From Escherichia phage pEC-M719-6WT.1: a stretch of DNA of 64,000 nucleotides. The stretch is from sequence record OQ845957.1. The stretch is one strand, 5' to 3'. Positions 18,317 to 28,778 of this stretch are shown piece after piece (position 1 is the stretch's first letter; each line of letters opens with the position of its first letter). The position numbers and the translations under genes are program-made. The notes below the pieces were generated by a model. That model saw only the letters and a program-made list of their open reading frames with translations, was not told the DNA's origin and did no database searches.

Positions 18317-19071
18317 TGTTTAATTCCAGAGAATCCGTTTTAACTTGGAATCAGCGTTGTGGTAATACCCCGTTGACTCCTTATACACCTGAGTATTGGT
18401 CTTCAATGCATAGTCAAGCACTTTGCATGTTAGAAGAGGCAAAAGAGCTTTTGAAAGCCATTGATGAAAAAGACCCTATTGAGGCTCTTGATGCTCAGGC
18501 AGATTTACAGTATGTTCTTGATGGACTGATTTACCTTTCACAGCATGACCATGACGGAGCTATGAAAGCAGTCTGTCAGAATAACAACCTGAAGTATACC
18601 GATAACTACGAAGAAGCTTTGAAGCGTCTTGCAGATATCGAGAAGCGTACTGGTGATGAATGTCGTGTACGTGCTTCAATGATTGACGGAAAAGAATGGT
18701 ACGCCATTGTCCGTGAATCTGATAAGAAGATTATGAAGCAGTCTAATCTTCCTAAAGTACAGCTTGCAGAGTTCATCGCGGAACTTGAAAGCAAAGAATT
18801 GTTCGTGGTAACATCTGACACATGTGTTATCTGTAAAGGTCTTGTAGGAAGTTTGAAAGACCTTGGATTGAGTGACTTCACAGAAGTTCGACCAATCAGT
18901 TCGAAAGCAGACAAAGACTTCTGCCGAGAAAACGGATTATGGCTTGCAGATATTGTTTACTATGACGGTGAGAAGTTCCATGTGACCTCATACCCGAAAC
19001 TGAACTATGATGCAAATAACCTGAAGAATTGGTTAAAAGGGGTTGGTTATAATGGATTCACAGAACATTAA
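18316..19071 (+). CDS. hypothetical protein
   Basis: 251 aa ORF; CxxC (CVICKG) in C-terminal part. Confidence 0.3.
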   Translation: MFNSRESVLTWNQRCGNTPLTPYTPEYWSSMHSQALCMLEEAKELLKAIDEKDPIEALDAQADLQYVLDGLIYLSQHDHDGAMKAVCQNNNLKYTDNYEEALKRLADIEKRTGDECRVRASMIDGKEWYAIVRESDKKIMKQSNLPKVQLAEFIAELESKELFVVTSDTCVICKGLVGSLKDLGLSDFTEVRPISSKADKDFCRENGLWLADIVYYDGEKFHVTSYPKLNYDANNLKNWLKGVGYNGFTEH

Positions 19072-19375
19072 TACTGAAGAGGTGGCTCCAAAGAGCCATT
19101 TCTCAAACTATAATCTCTCTATGACAGTGTTTATGAATGATTCACTGCTAGAGAAATATGGTGAGACTCCAGATACTATTCTGGACAATGAGCAAGTCTT
19201 ACGGGCAGTTCTTTACAAATATGGGCTAGATATTGATAAAGACTACTCTTATGAGATTTGTCAGCACAGAAACACTTTTGGTAAAGTTGTTCTGGCTCCA
19301 CTATTCATGGGTGTTGAGCGCGTCGATGAACAGTGGACTTACTTAAAACGTAACTTGGATAGATACCATGTCTAA
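19043..19375 (+). CDS. hypothetical protein
   Basis: 110 aa ORF. Confidence 0.3.
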   Translation: MVIMDSQNINTEEVAPKSHFSNYNLSMTVFMNDSLLEKYGETPDTILDNEQVLRAVLYKYGLDIDKDYSYEICQHRNTFGKVVLAPLFMGVERVDEQWTYLKRNLDRYHV

Positions 19376-19703
19376 AACTAAAAAGTTGACAGTAGAAGAA
19401 ATCAAATCGGGTGTTGAACTCGGTGTCGATAAGTTTGGAGAATCAATTCATTTCGGTGACTTTGTAATGTACACTCAGGACTGTAAAGGCCGTAGTAACA
19501 TTTGCTTTGGTAGAGTTGTCTGTAAAGTTCGTGGTAACTTTGCAATAGCCAGAATTGATGACAACATTTACGAGAAGCTTGATAGGGTTATGGGTGAGAA
19601 CTACGGATACTGGTATTGCAATGCAATGTCAAAAGGTTCTATCACCAAAGTCTCTCAGAAGTTTTATGAACTCTGGGAAAATAAAAAGATTTTTAGCATT
19701 TAA
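19368..19703 (+). CDS. hypothetical protein
   Basis: 111 aa ORF followed by terminator. Confidence 0.3.
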   Translation: MSKTKKLTVEEIKSGVELGVDKFGESIHFGDFVMYTQDCKGRSNICFGRVVCKVRGNFAIARIDDNIYEKLDRVMGENYGYWYCNAMSKGSITKVSQKFYELWENKKIFSI

Positions 19704-19711
19704 TCTCTAAG

Positions 19712-19734
19712 GGGTCTCTTCGGAGACCCTTTTT
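19712..19734 (+). terminator. intrinsic terminator
   Basis: GGGTCTC-TTCG-GAGACCC hairpin plus TTTTT. Confidence 0.6.
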
Positions 19735-19755
19735 CACCTGTAGGACTCTAAAATA

Positions 19756-21990
19756 ATGATTAAGACCATTCGCAAATCTGACGGTACAATCGTACCGTTC
19801 GAACCAGAACGTTTAAACAAATGGGCTTCATGGGCTGACAAACGAGGAATCATTTGGTCAGAAGTCACTATGGAAGCTATGAAGCATATCTATGAAGGTT
19901 GCTCTACCAAAGAGATGCACCAAGCTATGATTGACGTTTGTATTGATAAGCAGACTCAAGAATACTCTGATATGGCTGGTCGATTACTTCTTGGTATCAT
20001 CTACAAAGAAGCTTTTGGGGGTTTCACAAAAGTTCCTCAACTGTTTAACTTCGTCATGAAGATGGAGCAGATGGGTTTGTGGGAACACATGGATTACACT
20101 GAACAAGAGATTGACTATTTACAAGGTCACATTGTTCACTCAAAAGATATCTCTTACGGTTATGCAGTACTGAAACAGTTCCGTGACAAATACGGTATCC
20201 GAGATATCAAGTCAGGTCGTCTGTTTGAGTCTCCACAATTTATGTTTATGGGTATGGCTATGAAAGCCTTTGAGAGACAACCTAAGCACCGTAGACTGGA
20301 AGATGTTATCAAACTGTACACTTACCTGTCTGACCTGAAGATTAACGCTCCTACGCCTTATCTGAATGGTTTACGTGCTACTAAGTCAGGTTATGCGTCA
20401 TGTTGCTTAATCAAAGCTAATGACACTGCTGAGTCTCTTGGCATTGCTACTAAGGTAGCTTATGATATGACCACGAAGCAAGCTGGTATTGGTATGCTGA
20501 TGGAGACCCGTACAATTGGTGACGGTATTCGTCAAAACACCATTGAACACATGGGTAAGCTGCCTTATTACAAGCTTGTACGTGCTGCTGTAGAGGCCAA
20601 TAAGCAGAAGAGTCGTGGTGGTTCAGCTAACAACTTCTACACTGCCCTAGACCCGCAGATTGAAGATTTACTACGTTTGAAGCATCCTACAACGGTTCTT
20701 TCGAAGCGTATTAATGAGATGGACTATTCATTTGGTGCAAATGACTATTTCTGGCAGTGTGTGCAGTACGATACAGATTGGTTGCTGTTCTCTTACAAGG
20801 ACGCTCCAAAGCTTTATGACATGTTCTACACAGCATCTGCTGATGAGTTTGCTATGGCAGTTGGTCACGCAGTTCATTCAGGTGTTAAGCATAAGCGTGT
20901 TAAGGCTCGTGAAGTTGCCAAGCTGTTCATCCAGCAACGTTATGCTACAGGTCGTGTGTATCCGTTCTTTACGAACAATGCAAACACTCACACACCGTTT
21001 AAAGAACCTTTGAAAATGTCTAACCTGTGTATGGAGATTGTATTGCCAGTTCATGGATTCGAAGATGAACGTGACCTTTACAGTTACACAGCACCTAAAG
21101 AAGATGGTGAAGTTGCTCTTTGCTTCTTGGCTAGTCTGGTAGCAGGGAGAATCACAGAAGATGAATACGCTGACGTTGCTTATTATGCTCTTGCAATGGT
21201 TGACTCCGTTATTGACCTTATGGACTATCCGTATCCGTCAATGCGTAACCACGTTCAGAAACGCCGTTCTGTTGGGATTGGCCTTACGAATGTGGCTCAC
21301 TACCTTGCGAAGAACTACGTGAACTATTCTTCAAGAGCAGGTAAAACGAGACTGCATGAACTTGCAGAGATGCACTCTTACTATCTGCATGAGGCATCAT
21401 TAAGACTTGCAAAAGAACGTGGTGTACCTGAGTATATGCAGTTCACCAAGTATCCTGAAGGTTGGGTTCCTCCGAAGACAGCTAACAGGAAGATTGATAC
21501 AAAACACGATGCAAAACTTCGTTATGATTGGGATGACTTAGCAGACCGTATTAAGGCAAACGGTGGTATCAGAAACTCTGTGCTTGAGGCTTACATGCCT
21601 AACGAGAGTTCTTCACTGGCAACTAATACAACAAACGGTTTGTACCCAATTCGTGACTTCATCTTAACCAAGAAGTCAGCAACTGGTAACGTACTGTTTA
21701 TCGTTCCAGACTACGAAGAGTTGAAGTATATCTATGAAATTGCTTGGGATATTGACACCTTTGATATGATTGATTGCTATGCAATTGTTCAAAAATTCAC
21801 TGGTCAAGCTATCTCTTCAGATTTCTATGTTGACTATTCAAAATCAAAAAAGGTATCATTAGAGCAAGCTTTGAAGTACATGATTTATGCTAACTCAGTT
21901 GGGATGAAAACTATGTACTACCTTAACAGTCGTATTGGTGTTGGTAAGTCAGCACTTCAAGATGCTTACTGTGAAGGTTGTGGCGTTTAA
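19756..21990 (+). CDS. nrdA: ribonucleotide reductase class I alpha subunit
   Basis: 744 aa; ATP-cone-like N-terminus; co-located with nrdB and glutaredoxin. Confidence 0.8.
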   Translation: MIKTIRKSDGTIVPFEPERLNKWASWADKRGIIWSEVTMEAMKHIYEGCSTKEMHQAMIDVCIDKQTQEYSDMAGRLLLGIIYKEAFGGFTKVPQLFNFVMKMEQMGLWEHMDYTEQEIDYLQGHIVHSKDISYGYAVLKQFRDKYGIRDIKSGRLFESPQFMFMGMAMKAFERQPKHRRLEDVIKLYTYLSDLKINAPTPYLNGLRATKSGYASCCLIKANDTAESLGIATKVAYDMTTKQAGIGMLMETRTIGDGIRQNTIEHMGKLPYYKLVRAAVEANKQKSRGGSANNFYTALDPQIEDLLRLKHPTTVLSKRINEMDYSFGANDYFWQCVQYDTDWLLFSYKDAPKLYDMFYTASADEFAMAVGHAVHSGVKHKRVKAREVAKLFIQQRYATGRVYPFFTNNANTHTPFKEPLKMSNLCMEIVLPVHGFEDERDLYSYTAPKEDGEVALCFLASLVAGRITEDEYADVAYYALAMVDSVIDLMDYPYPSMRNHVQKRRSVGIGLTNVAHYLAKNYVNYSSRAGKTRLHELAEMHSYYLHEASLRLAKERGVPEYMQFTKYPEGWVPPKTANRKIDTKHDAKLRYDWDDLADRIKANGGIRNSVLEAYMPNESSSLATNTTNGLYPIRDFILTKKSATGNVLFIVPDYEELKYIYEIAWDIDTFDMIDCYAIVQKFTGQAISSDFYVDYSKSKKVSLEQALKYMIYANSVGMKTMYYLNSRIGVGKSALQDAYCEGCGV

Positions 21991-21997
21991 CTAAACA

Positions 21998-22018
21998 GGG
22001 GGCTGTAAAGCCCCTTTT
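21998..22018 (+). terminator. intrinsic terminator
   Basis: GGGGC-TGTAAA-GCCCC hairpin plus TTTT. Confidence 0.5.
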
Positions 22019-22027
22019 GGAGAAACC

Positions 22028-22303
22028 ATGTTAGAACTCATTCAAGATGCAAGGAGCAGAGAACCAAACTGTGCTTTGTATCTGTATTATATTCCAAGGG
22101 AGTCTCTATATTATATCGCAGACTATCACCTGAAAGTTAAAATGCCAGATGGTTCTTGGAAAGAGCATCTCCGTTACATTGATTGCTTTAATCCAAGCAA
22201 CACTTATGCAAGGTCTCTTGACATGTTTAAAGTTGACCGTTGGCAAGTTTTAACAGCGTCAGAAGCCAGAGAATTTTATGAAACAGGAAACCTACCATTA
22301 TGA
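22028..22303 (+). CDS. hypothetical protein
   Basis: 91 aa ORF between nrdA and nrdB. Confidence 0.3.
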   Translation: MLELIQDARSREPNCALYLYYIPRESLYYIADYHLKVKMPDGSWKEHLRYIDCFNPSNTYARSLDMFKVDRWQVLTASEAREFYETGNLPL

Positions 22304-23373
22304 TTAACCAACATCCAATCTTTTTAGGCGGTGAGCGAAAAACTTTTGACTCACTCAACAAACACTATCCAAAAATCTTTGAACTGTACAAACAGCAGAA
22401 AGCACAAGACTGGTCTGAAGATGAGTTCCCATTTGAGCAGTCACGATTAGATTTTGAAAGTGTTCCAGAATCAATGTCTGGTGTAATGCTTGAGATTCTT
22501 AAGTGGCAGTGGGAAGCTGATACACAGGTTGCTAAGAGTTTGGCATTTGCTTTTGCACCATTCATCTCTGATGATATCTACGCAACGGCAATTATGAAGC
22601 AATCTGAAATTGAGAACCTTCATGCCTTAACTTATTCAGAGATTGTTCGTCAGTGTATTAAGAATCCTGAAACAATCCTTGATGAGATTAACCAGAATGC
22701 TGCTGTACAAGACCGTCTGAAGACTGTGAACAGAGCACTGGAAGAACTACTTGACGAAGGTATCAACTATCGTCTAAGTTATGTTCGTGATTCACTGCTT
22801 GATAAAGACCCTTTACACTTCCACAAAGTGATTTTGAAAGGTCTCTTTGCAGTAACAGCCTTGGAAGGTGTATCCTTTATGGCATCCTTTGCATGTACCT
22901 TTGCACTTGATGCACAAGATAAGTTCCAAGGTATTGCTCAGGCAGTACAGAAAATTATGCTTGATGAAATCCTTCACACGAAGATTGACATTGAAGCACT
23001 GAAAGAGACTTTGAAAGATGAAGAATGGCAAGAAGCTTTCCGTCAGGTTCTTCCAGAAATCAAAGTAATTCTTGATGAAGTAGTTGAAAGTGAAGAGAAA
23101 TGGTCTTATTATATTTTCTCTGAAGGTCGTGCCGTAGTTGGTTTGAATACAAAACTTCTGCATGAGTGGGTTTACTATAATGCTGCACCATTGTATGATA
23201 TGTTTGGTATTCCAAGAGACTTCGTAGCTCCTAAAGAACCACCTTTGAAATACATGATTAAGAAGATGGAAATTGACAAAGAGCAGAATGCTAACCAAGA
23301 GCAACAAAACGGTGCGTACTTGTTGAATACCGTTGTAGATGATTTAAACTCAGGATATTTAGAGGTTCCTTAA
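22300..23373 (+). CDS. nrdB: ribonucleotide reductase class I beta subunit
   Basis: 357 aa; position and size next to nrdA; helical ferritin-like composition. Confidence 0.7.
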   Translation: MINQHPIFLGGERKTFDSLNKHYPKIFELYKQQKAQDWSEDEFPFEQSRLDFESVPESMSGVMLEILKWQWEADTQVAKSLAFAFAPFISDDIYATAIMKQSEIENLHALTYSEIVRQCIKNPETILDEINQNAAVQDRLKTVNRALEELLDEGINYRLSYVRDSLLDKDPLHFHKVILKGLFAVTALEGVSFMASFACTFALDAQDKFQGIAQAVQKIMLDEILHTKIDIEALKETLKDEEWQEAFRQVLPEIKVILDEVVESEEKWSYYIFSEGRAVVGLNTKLLHEWVYYNAAPLYDMFGIPRDFVAPKEPPLKYMIKKMEIDKEQNANQEQQNGAYLLNTVVDDLNSGYLEVP

Positions 23374-23615
23374 TGACTTACGTAATTTACTCCAAAACTG
23401 GTTGCCCTCAGTGCGAAACTGCAAAGAACTTTGCGAAGGCTCGTGGTATTGACCACGTTGTAAGAATGTTGGGGCAGGATTATGAACTGTCAGACCTGAT
23501 GGATATTGCACAGATGCCAGTTCGTCAGATGCCATTCATCATGAAGACTGACGACACTGTTCTGACTCCGGTTGGAACACTACAAAACTTTATGGCAGAG
23601 GTGAACAATACTTAA
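23373..23615 (+). CDS. glutaredoxin-like protein (NrdH/Grx)
   Basis: 80 aa; CPQC redox motif near N-terminus. Confidence 0.6.
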   Translation: MTYVIYSKTGCPQCETAKNFAKARGIDHVVRMLGQDYELSDLMDIAQMPVRQMPFIMKTDDTVLTPVGTLQNFMAEVNNT

Positions 23616-23619
23616 GCGT

Positions 23620-23814
23620 TTGTGGGAAGGTTTCACAGTTGATGCACCGATGATTGTACTAGGTTTCTTCTTTGTGAACCTGTTTATTGATATCAAACAA
23701 GGTGCTTTGTTTGGTGCTATGTTAGTATGGGTAATCTTTGAGATTCTAGAAATCCATCTTGACATTAGCGGAAAACTTAAAAAGTTTGTTGAGAAGATTT
23801 TCAAAAAGAATTAA
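23620..23814 (+). CDS. small membrane protein
   Basis: 64 aa, mostly hydrophobic. Confidence 0.3.
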   Translation: MWEGFTVDAPMIVLGFFFVNLFIDIKQGALFGAMLVWVIFEILEIHLDISGKLKKFVEKIFKKN

Positions 23815-23819
23815 TATAA

Positions 23820-23842
23820 GGGTCTCTTCGGAGACCTTTTTC
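23820..23842 (+). terminator. intrinsic terminator
   Basis: GGTCTC-TTCG-GAGACC hairpin plus TTTTT. Confidence 0.55.
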
Positions 23843-23861
23843 GTATATAAAGGAGCACAAA

Positions 23862-26002
23862 TGGTCAAAGTACAAATTATTAAAAAGAATGGCTCACTTG
23901 AAGAACCAGATATTAAGAAAGTCCTAGCAGCAGTTACAAAATCAGCTAACCGAGTTGGCTATAAAGAACTCCCGTTAGAAGTTGTTCATGCTCTTGAGTC
24001 AGCTTTTATGCGGATTCTTGTAAAGGCTTCTAACCAGAATGCTTTGCTGATTTCTGTAGATGATATTCACAGCATTGTTGAAGGGACTTTAGCAGAAGTT
24101 AATCACGAGATTTATGAATCTTATTCAACCTATCGTAACTACCGTAAAGAGGTTGCACAGAATTGGGATGAACTCTATCAGAAGACTAAAGACACCCTCT
24201 TCTTAGGTGACCGTGAGAACGCTAACTTTGACAGCAGTTTAATCTCTACAAAGGGTTCTATCATTCGTGGATATCTGACTAAAGAAATCTTCAAGCAGTA
24301 TCACTTGACACCAGAAGAACTCGAAGCTATTGAAGCAGGTTTCATCTACATTCATGACCTGAGAGATTTGGTATTTGGTGGTATTAACTGCTGCCTGTTT
24401 GACATTGGTAAAGTCCTGAAAGGTGGCTTTGAAATGTCTGGTATTGAATACTGTGAACCAAAGTCTGTTCTGTCAGCTTTACAGGTTATTGGTGATGTTG
24501 TATTGTCAGCAACTGCACAGCAATTTGGTGGATTTACTTTAGCAGAGATTGATAAGGTGCTTGTACCGTATGCTAAGAAGTCTCTACGCTATCATGCTGA
24601 GAAAGCAGCATCTTACGGTATCCCTAAAGAACATTACCACAATTATGTCATGGAGCAGCTACAGATTGAATTAACTCAAGGTTTTCAGTCACTTGAGATG
24701 AAACTGAATACTGTACCTTGCAGCCGTGGTGACTTTGCATTCACAACTTTAACATTTGGTTTACTTGACTCAGACATGTCTAATGAAGACAACCGACTAC
24801 AATACATGATTGCAAGCACTCTCCTAGATGTTCGTATGAATGGACAAGGTAAGAGCAAGAAGCCTGTTGTATTTCCTAAACTGGTTTATATCTATGACCA
24901 GAAGAGACATGATGAAAATATCTGTCAAGGACACCTGTACAGTAAAGCTATTGAGTGTTGCTCTAAAGCAATGTATCCAGACTTCTTAAGCGTATCTGGT
25001 CATGGTGCTGTAGCAGAAGCTTTTGAGCGTTCTGGCAAGGTAATTTCACCGATGGGTTGCAGAGCGTTTTTATCACCATATCTTAACGAAGATGGTGAAG
25101 AATTTTATGTAGGTCGTGCAAACATTGGTGCAGTATCTTTGAACTTGCCAATGATTTACCAGTATGCTAGAGAGAATGGTTTAGACTTCTGGAGAGAGAT
25201 TGACAAATACCTTGAAATGATTCGCAGTTTTCATAAGAAACGTTATGAGATGATTGCTAACATGCCAGCAAGTTCAAACCCTCTAGCATTCACACAAGGT
25301 GGATTGTACAAAGGGAATAAGAAGCCAACTGATAAGATTGGTTGGGATACTGTGAAATCCTTCACAGCATCTTTCGGTGTAACTGCACTTGATGAGCTTT
25401 CTGTACTGGCTGGAGAAGGTAGACTGCATGAGTCTCAGAAAGTGATTGCACAGCAAGTTCTAGACTACCTGAATGACCGTCTGGCATACTTTAAAGAGCA
25501 AGATGGCTTCTTGTATGCCCTTTATGGTACACCTGCTGAGAGCCTTTGTGGGACGCAATTGAAGCAGTTCCGTAATATGTTTGGTGTTGTGAAAGATGTG
25601 TCTGATAAAGAATACTTCACTAACAGCTTCCATATGAACGTTGCAGCAGATATTACTCCGTATCAGAAGCAAGACTTGGAAGAATCTCTGTTCCATAGCT
25701 GTAATGGTGGTCACATCCAGTACATTCGTCTGGCTAACCCAGAGAACCATAAAGCTATCAGGGCTTGTGTCTCAAGAGGCATGGGTAAAGGATTCTATCA
25801 AGGGGTTAACTTTGACTTAGCAATCTGTGAGAATTGTGGTCATCGCCCTAATTCAGATGTTGAAGAGTGTCCTAAGTGTCATTCACATGATATCTCAGTT
25901 ATCAACCGTGTCTGTGGTTACCTTGGATGGACTAAGATTAAAGGAACCTCAAGAATGAATGATGCAAAAATTGCTGAGATTCGTGACAGAAAATCTATGT
26001 AA
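23862..26002 (+). CDS. nrdD: anaerobic ribonucleoside-triphosphate reductase
   Basis: Start at ATG after AAGGAG RBS; C-terminal Cys cluster (CENCGH...CPKCHSH) and glycyl-radical motif RVCGYLG. Confidence 0.8.
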
Positions 26003-26157
26003 GTAGTTGACAAGGTAGTGTAGGTCTTGATAGGCTTGCACTACCTTTTTTATTGGATGTTAGATATGGCAGAGAACATCATTGGACTATTCATAGTTTC
26101 AATCTTACTAGGGTTCTTTTTAGGACTCCTTTATTGTGAATTAAGAGGAAAGTTAAA

Positions 26158-26556
26158 ATGTTTAAAATCTCAAAAGCGTTAATGGAAGTGCTGAAAGAAT
26201 GCACGTTAGATGATGGAAAGTGTGAGAAAGAGCATCGTCGTGGTTCAAGCTTTTATCTCACCAGTGAACTCACAATCACTCAAGAGCTAATTGACTCAAT
26301 CAAAGAGGATGAAAACTTAGTAGTGCCTGATTGGTTACTTGATAAAATCATTACCATAACAGGTACTTGGGACGGTGATTGGGGAACTGAGATTTTTGAT
26401 ATCTCATTCTACAGCTACATCCAGAAGATGAATCCTAAGTATGTGGCCTTGATGACTGCTGCGCAAGATAGTAAAATCTTGCAAGACTTCATTTACAAAC
26501 ACTGTCCAGAATATGTTATATCTTACGAAAAGATTGAAGTGGAGGTAGTAGAATGA
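26158..26556 (+). CDS. hypothetical protein
   Basis: 132 aa ORF between nrdD and nrdG. Confidence 0.3.
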   Translation: MFKISKALMEVLKECTLDDGKCEKEHRRGSSFYLTSELTITQELIDSIKEDENLVVPDWLLDKIITITGTWDGDWGTEIFDISFYSYIQKMNPKYVALMTAAQDSKILQDFIYKHCPEYVISYEKIEVEVVE

Positions 26557-27038
26557 ATTTTATGGAAATTCGAGGATTCGATACAGCTAATGGTGAAGGT
26601 GCTCGTGTGAGTATCTTTGTAGCTGGTTGCAAGCATCACTGTGAAGGTTGTTTCAACAAAGAATCTTGGAAATTCAATGCAGGTAAAGAGTTTACTGATT
26701 TTGATATGGCTGATATCTTAGCTATGTTGAAAGATGATGGTATAGAAGGTTTGTCAGTGTTAGGTGGGGAACCTTTAGAAGAACGAAACATTGACACTGT
26801 AGCGTATATCTGCAAGACTGTTAAAGAGCATTATCCAGAGAAATCTATCTGGCTTTGGACAGGTTTCCAGCTTCACCAAAAAATTCACCATGAAGTAATG
26901 GAATATGTTGACGTGGTGATTGATGGTAAGTATGATGCTTCTAAACCAACGAACAAACCGTATCGTGGTTCTGATAACCAAAACCTTTGGAGAAAAGAAT
27001 ATGGCTGGCAAGGCGATTGTCAATGGCGTACAGAGTAG
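26553..27038 (+). CDS. nrdG: anaerobic RNR activating protein (radical SAM)
   Basis: 161 aa; CxxxCxxC cluster (CKHHCEGC). Confidence 0.65.
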   Translation: MNFMEIRGFDTANGEGARVSIFVAGCKHHCEGCFNKESWKFNAGKEFTDFDMADILAMLKDDGIEGLSVLGGEPLEERNIDTVAYICKTVKEHYPEKSIWLWTGFQLHQKIHHEVMEYVDVVIDGKYDASKPTNKPYRGSDNQNLWRKEYGWQGDCQWRTE

Positions 27039-27321
27039 TGGTGGATTCAAACGTGGCGAGATTGTTATGGTAACCTGTAACATGTCTCTGTTTGGTAGCT
27101 ACAAAGTCAATCCAGAAACTCTCGAAGAGTGGAGAAACTACACAAAAAGCCTATTTGATTCCACTGGAATGATAGCCTTGAAGCAGATTGAGGACGCTGG
27201 AGTATTTAAAGTAAAATACAAAGCACATTTCTCAAACTTTTACGCGACAAACTTGAGAGTTGATGATAAAGTTGTCGCAGTTACCGAAGAAGAACTGAAT
27301 AAGTTCTGTATTAAACTTTAA
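27001..27321 (+). CDS. hypothetical protein
   Basis: Start moved to internal ATG (MAGKAIVNG) preceded by GGAG; overlaps nrdG end. Confidence 0.3.
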   Translation: MAGKAIVNGVQSSGGFKRGEIVMVTCNMSLFGSYKVNPETLEEWRNYTKSLFDSTGMIALKQIEDAGVFKVKYKAHFSNFYATNLRVDDKVVAVTEEELNKFCIKL

Positions 27322-27337
27322 TAAGAGAGATATTAAA

Positions 27338-27595
27338 ATGGGAATTTTTAGCAATATGAAAGCTGGTTTCTTAGCGGCACTGGCAAAAGCAGCAGCAATT
27401 GTTTCTATGACAGGTAAGCAAGTTGGTGTAGATGCTTCAGCAGTTGCACAGGTTCTTGCAAGCCAGATTGAAAACCAACCTTACATTCACGTTGGACGTG
27501 GTAAAGGTGGTAAGAAGCAAGCTCACCGTCAGTCTGGTGCAGCAGCAATTAAACGTGCAGCTAAGAAAGCACGTAACCGTAAACGTAACAAGTAA
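27338..27595 (+). CDS. small basic protein
   Basis: 85 aa, Lys/Arg-rich C-terminus. Confidence 0.3.
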   Translation: MGIFSNMKAGFLAALAKAAAIVSMTGKQVGVDASAVAQVLASQIENQPYIHVGRGKGGKKQAHRQSGAAAIKRAAKKARNRKRNK

Positions 27596-27606
27596 GGAAA
27601 ATTGTC

Positions 27607-27918
27607 ATGAGCAAGATTTATAACACTCGTAAAATTCAGATTTTAGCACTGTGCCAGTTTATGTATGACAAACACAATGCACACTATTGTGGTACAGGCT
27701 TTCAATCTTTTAGTGGTGAGTACACACCATTTAAAAAGGCTGTTGAGATGTACAACACTCAGGATGAATCTGATAAAGAACTGCATCAACTGAAGCTGAC
27801 TTATGACAAAAAGCACAAGAAGATTGTATGCACAAACAACCTTGTCAAGCCATCTGAATCACTCAAGATGGATGTAACCCAAGAAGGGTTTGTAAGAGTC
27901 TTGAAAAAGCTTCAGTAA
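27607..27918 (+). CDS. hypothetical protein
   Basis: 103 aa ORF followed by terminator. Confidence 0.3.
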   Translation: MSKIYNTRKIQILALCQFMYDKHNAHYCGTGFQSFSGEYTPFKKAVEMYNTQDESDKELHQLKLTYDKKHKKIVCTNNLVKPSESLKMDVTQEGFVRVLKKLQ

Positions 27919-27931
27919 TTCGTTATGATTA

Positions 27932-27958
27932 GGGAACTGTAAAAGGTTCCCTTTTTAT
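27932..27958 (+). terminator. intrinsic terminator
   Basis: GGGAAC..GTTCCC hairpin plus TTTTTATTT. Confidence 0.6.
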
Positions 27959-27970
27959 TTTGGACAGAAA

Positions 27971-28486
27971 ATGTACTTATCTAACTTGAAACGTGCTGCT
28001 GCAATGTCTGTTCTAAGACTTGACTTTGATGAACGTCAAGAGTTCATTGATTCCCATCAGTACGACCCTTCTAATTCTAATCACATGGTTCTTTGGAATC
28101 GTGGGAAGTTTCGTGACAGTTCCCTCTTTGCATACTACCCTCATTATACAATTGACAATCTTTATGAGTACTGTGTTGTCAAGAACACTATTGCAACTCT
28201 TAACAAGCTTTGTCATTATTCTGGCAAGCAAGCCTTTACATTAGGCCACCACAAACCCGTCACAAAGGGTGGTGAACATCATTGCTCTAACTGGTTTATC
28301 CAGACTCAGCTTGATAACCAGAAGCAGGGAGAAACTATTCTGGACACTCCTAAGATGACTTATGAAGAACAAAAGGCTTATCTTAAAAATAATATGCCAC
28401 CAATGCTTGACAAAGAATATGCAACTCTGGCAATATCTCTCTTGTTGAAGTTCGAGACAGTTTATAGGGCAACTTATCATGGCTAA
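27971..28486 (+). CDS. HNH endonuclease-like protein
   Basis: GHHKPVTKGGEHHCSNWFIQTQLDNQKQG resembles HNH motif spacing. Confidence 0.35.
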   Translation: MYLSNLKRAAAMSVLRLDFDERQEFIDSHQYDPSNSNHMVLWNRGKFRDSSLFAYYPHYTIDNLYEYCVVKNTIATLNKLCHYSGKQAFTLGHHKPVTKGGEHHCSNWFIQTQLDNQKQGETILDTPKMTYEEQKAYLKNNMPPMLDKEYATLAISLLLKFETVYRATYHG

Positions 28487-28766
28487 AGAGAAATGGGAAA
28501 TCTTACAATTAATTAGTGATGCTGGCAATGGTTGTGAGATGTATATGATTCGTGGTCATGTACCAGACTCATTAGCTCTTGAGATGCTTGACCATCACAC
28601 AAACGGATTCTACAAAGAACTATGTGAACTTGGTGAACCACGTATCCAACGCACTTGGACAAAACCAGTACCAGATGGCACAGGCAACTGTTCAGTCATC
28701 TATCACATTGTGAATCCACAAAAATGTAAAACAGCTATGGCTGTGACCTTTGTAACTTTTGATTGA
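28479..28766 (+). CDS. hypothetical protein
   Basis: 95 aa ORF. Confidence 0.3.
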   Translation: MAKEKWEILQLISDAGNGCEMYMIRGHVPDSLALEMLDHHTNGFYKELCELGEPRIQRTWTKPVPDGTGNCSVIYHIVNPQKCKTAMAVTFVTFD

Positions 28767-28778
28767 GAGAGATTAAAG

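Noticed and set aside
23759-23861. Longer nrdD start at 23759 from the ORF track
   Set aside because: The extension overlaps the upstream small ORF and terminator hairpin; the ATG at 23862 has an AAGGAG RBS and begins an ATP-cone-like sequence.
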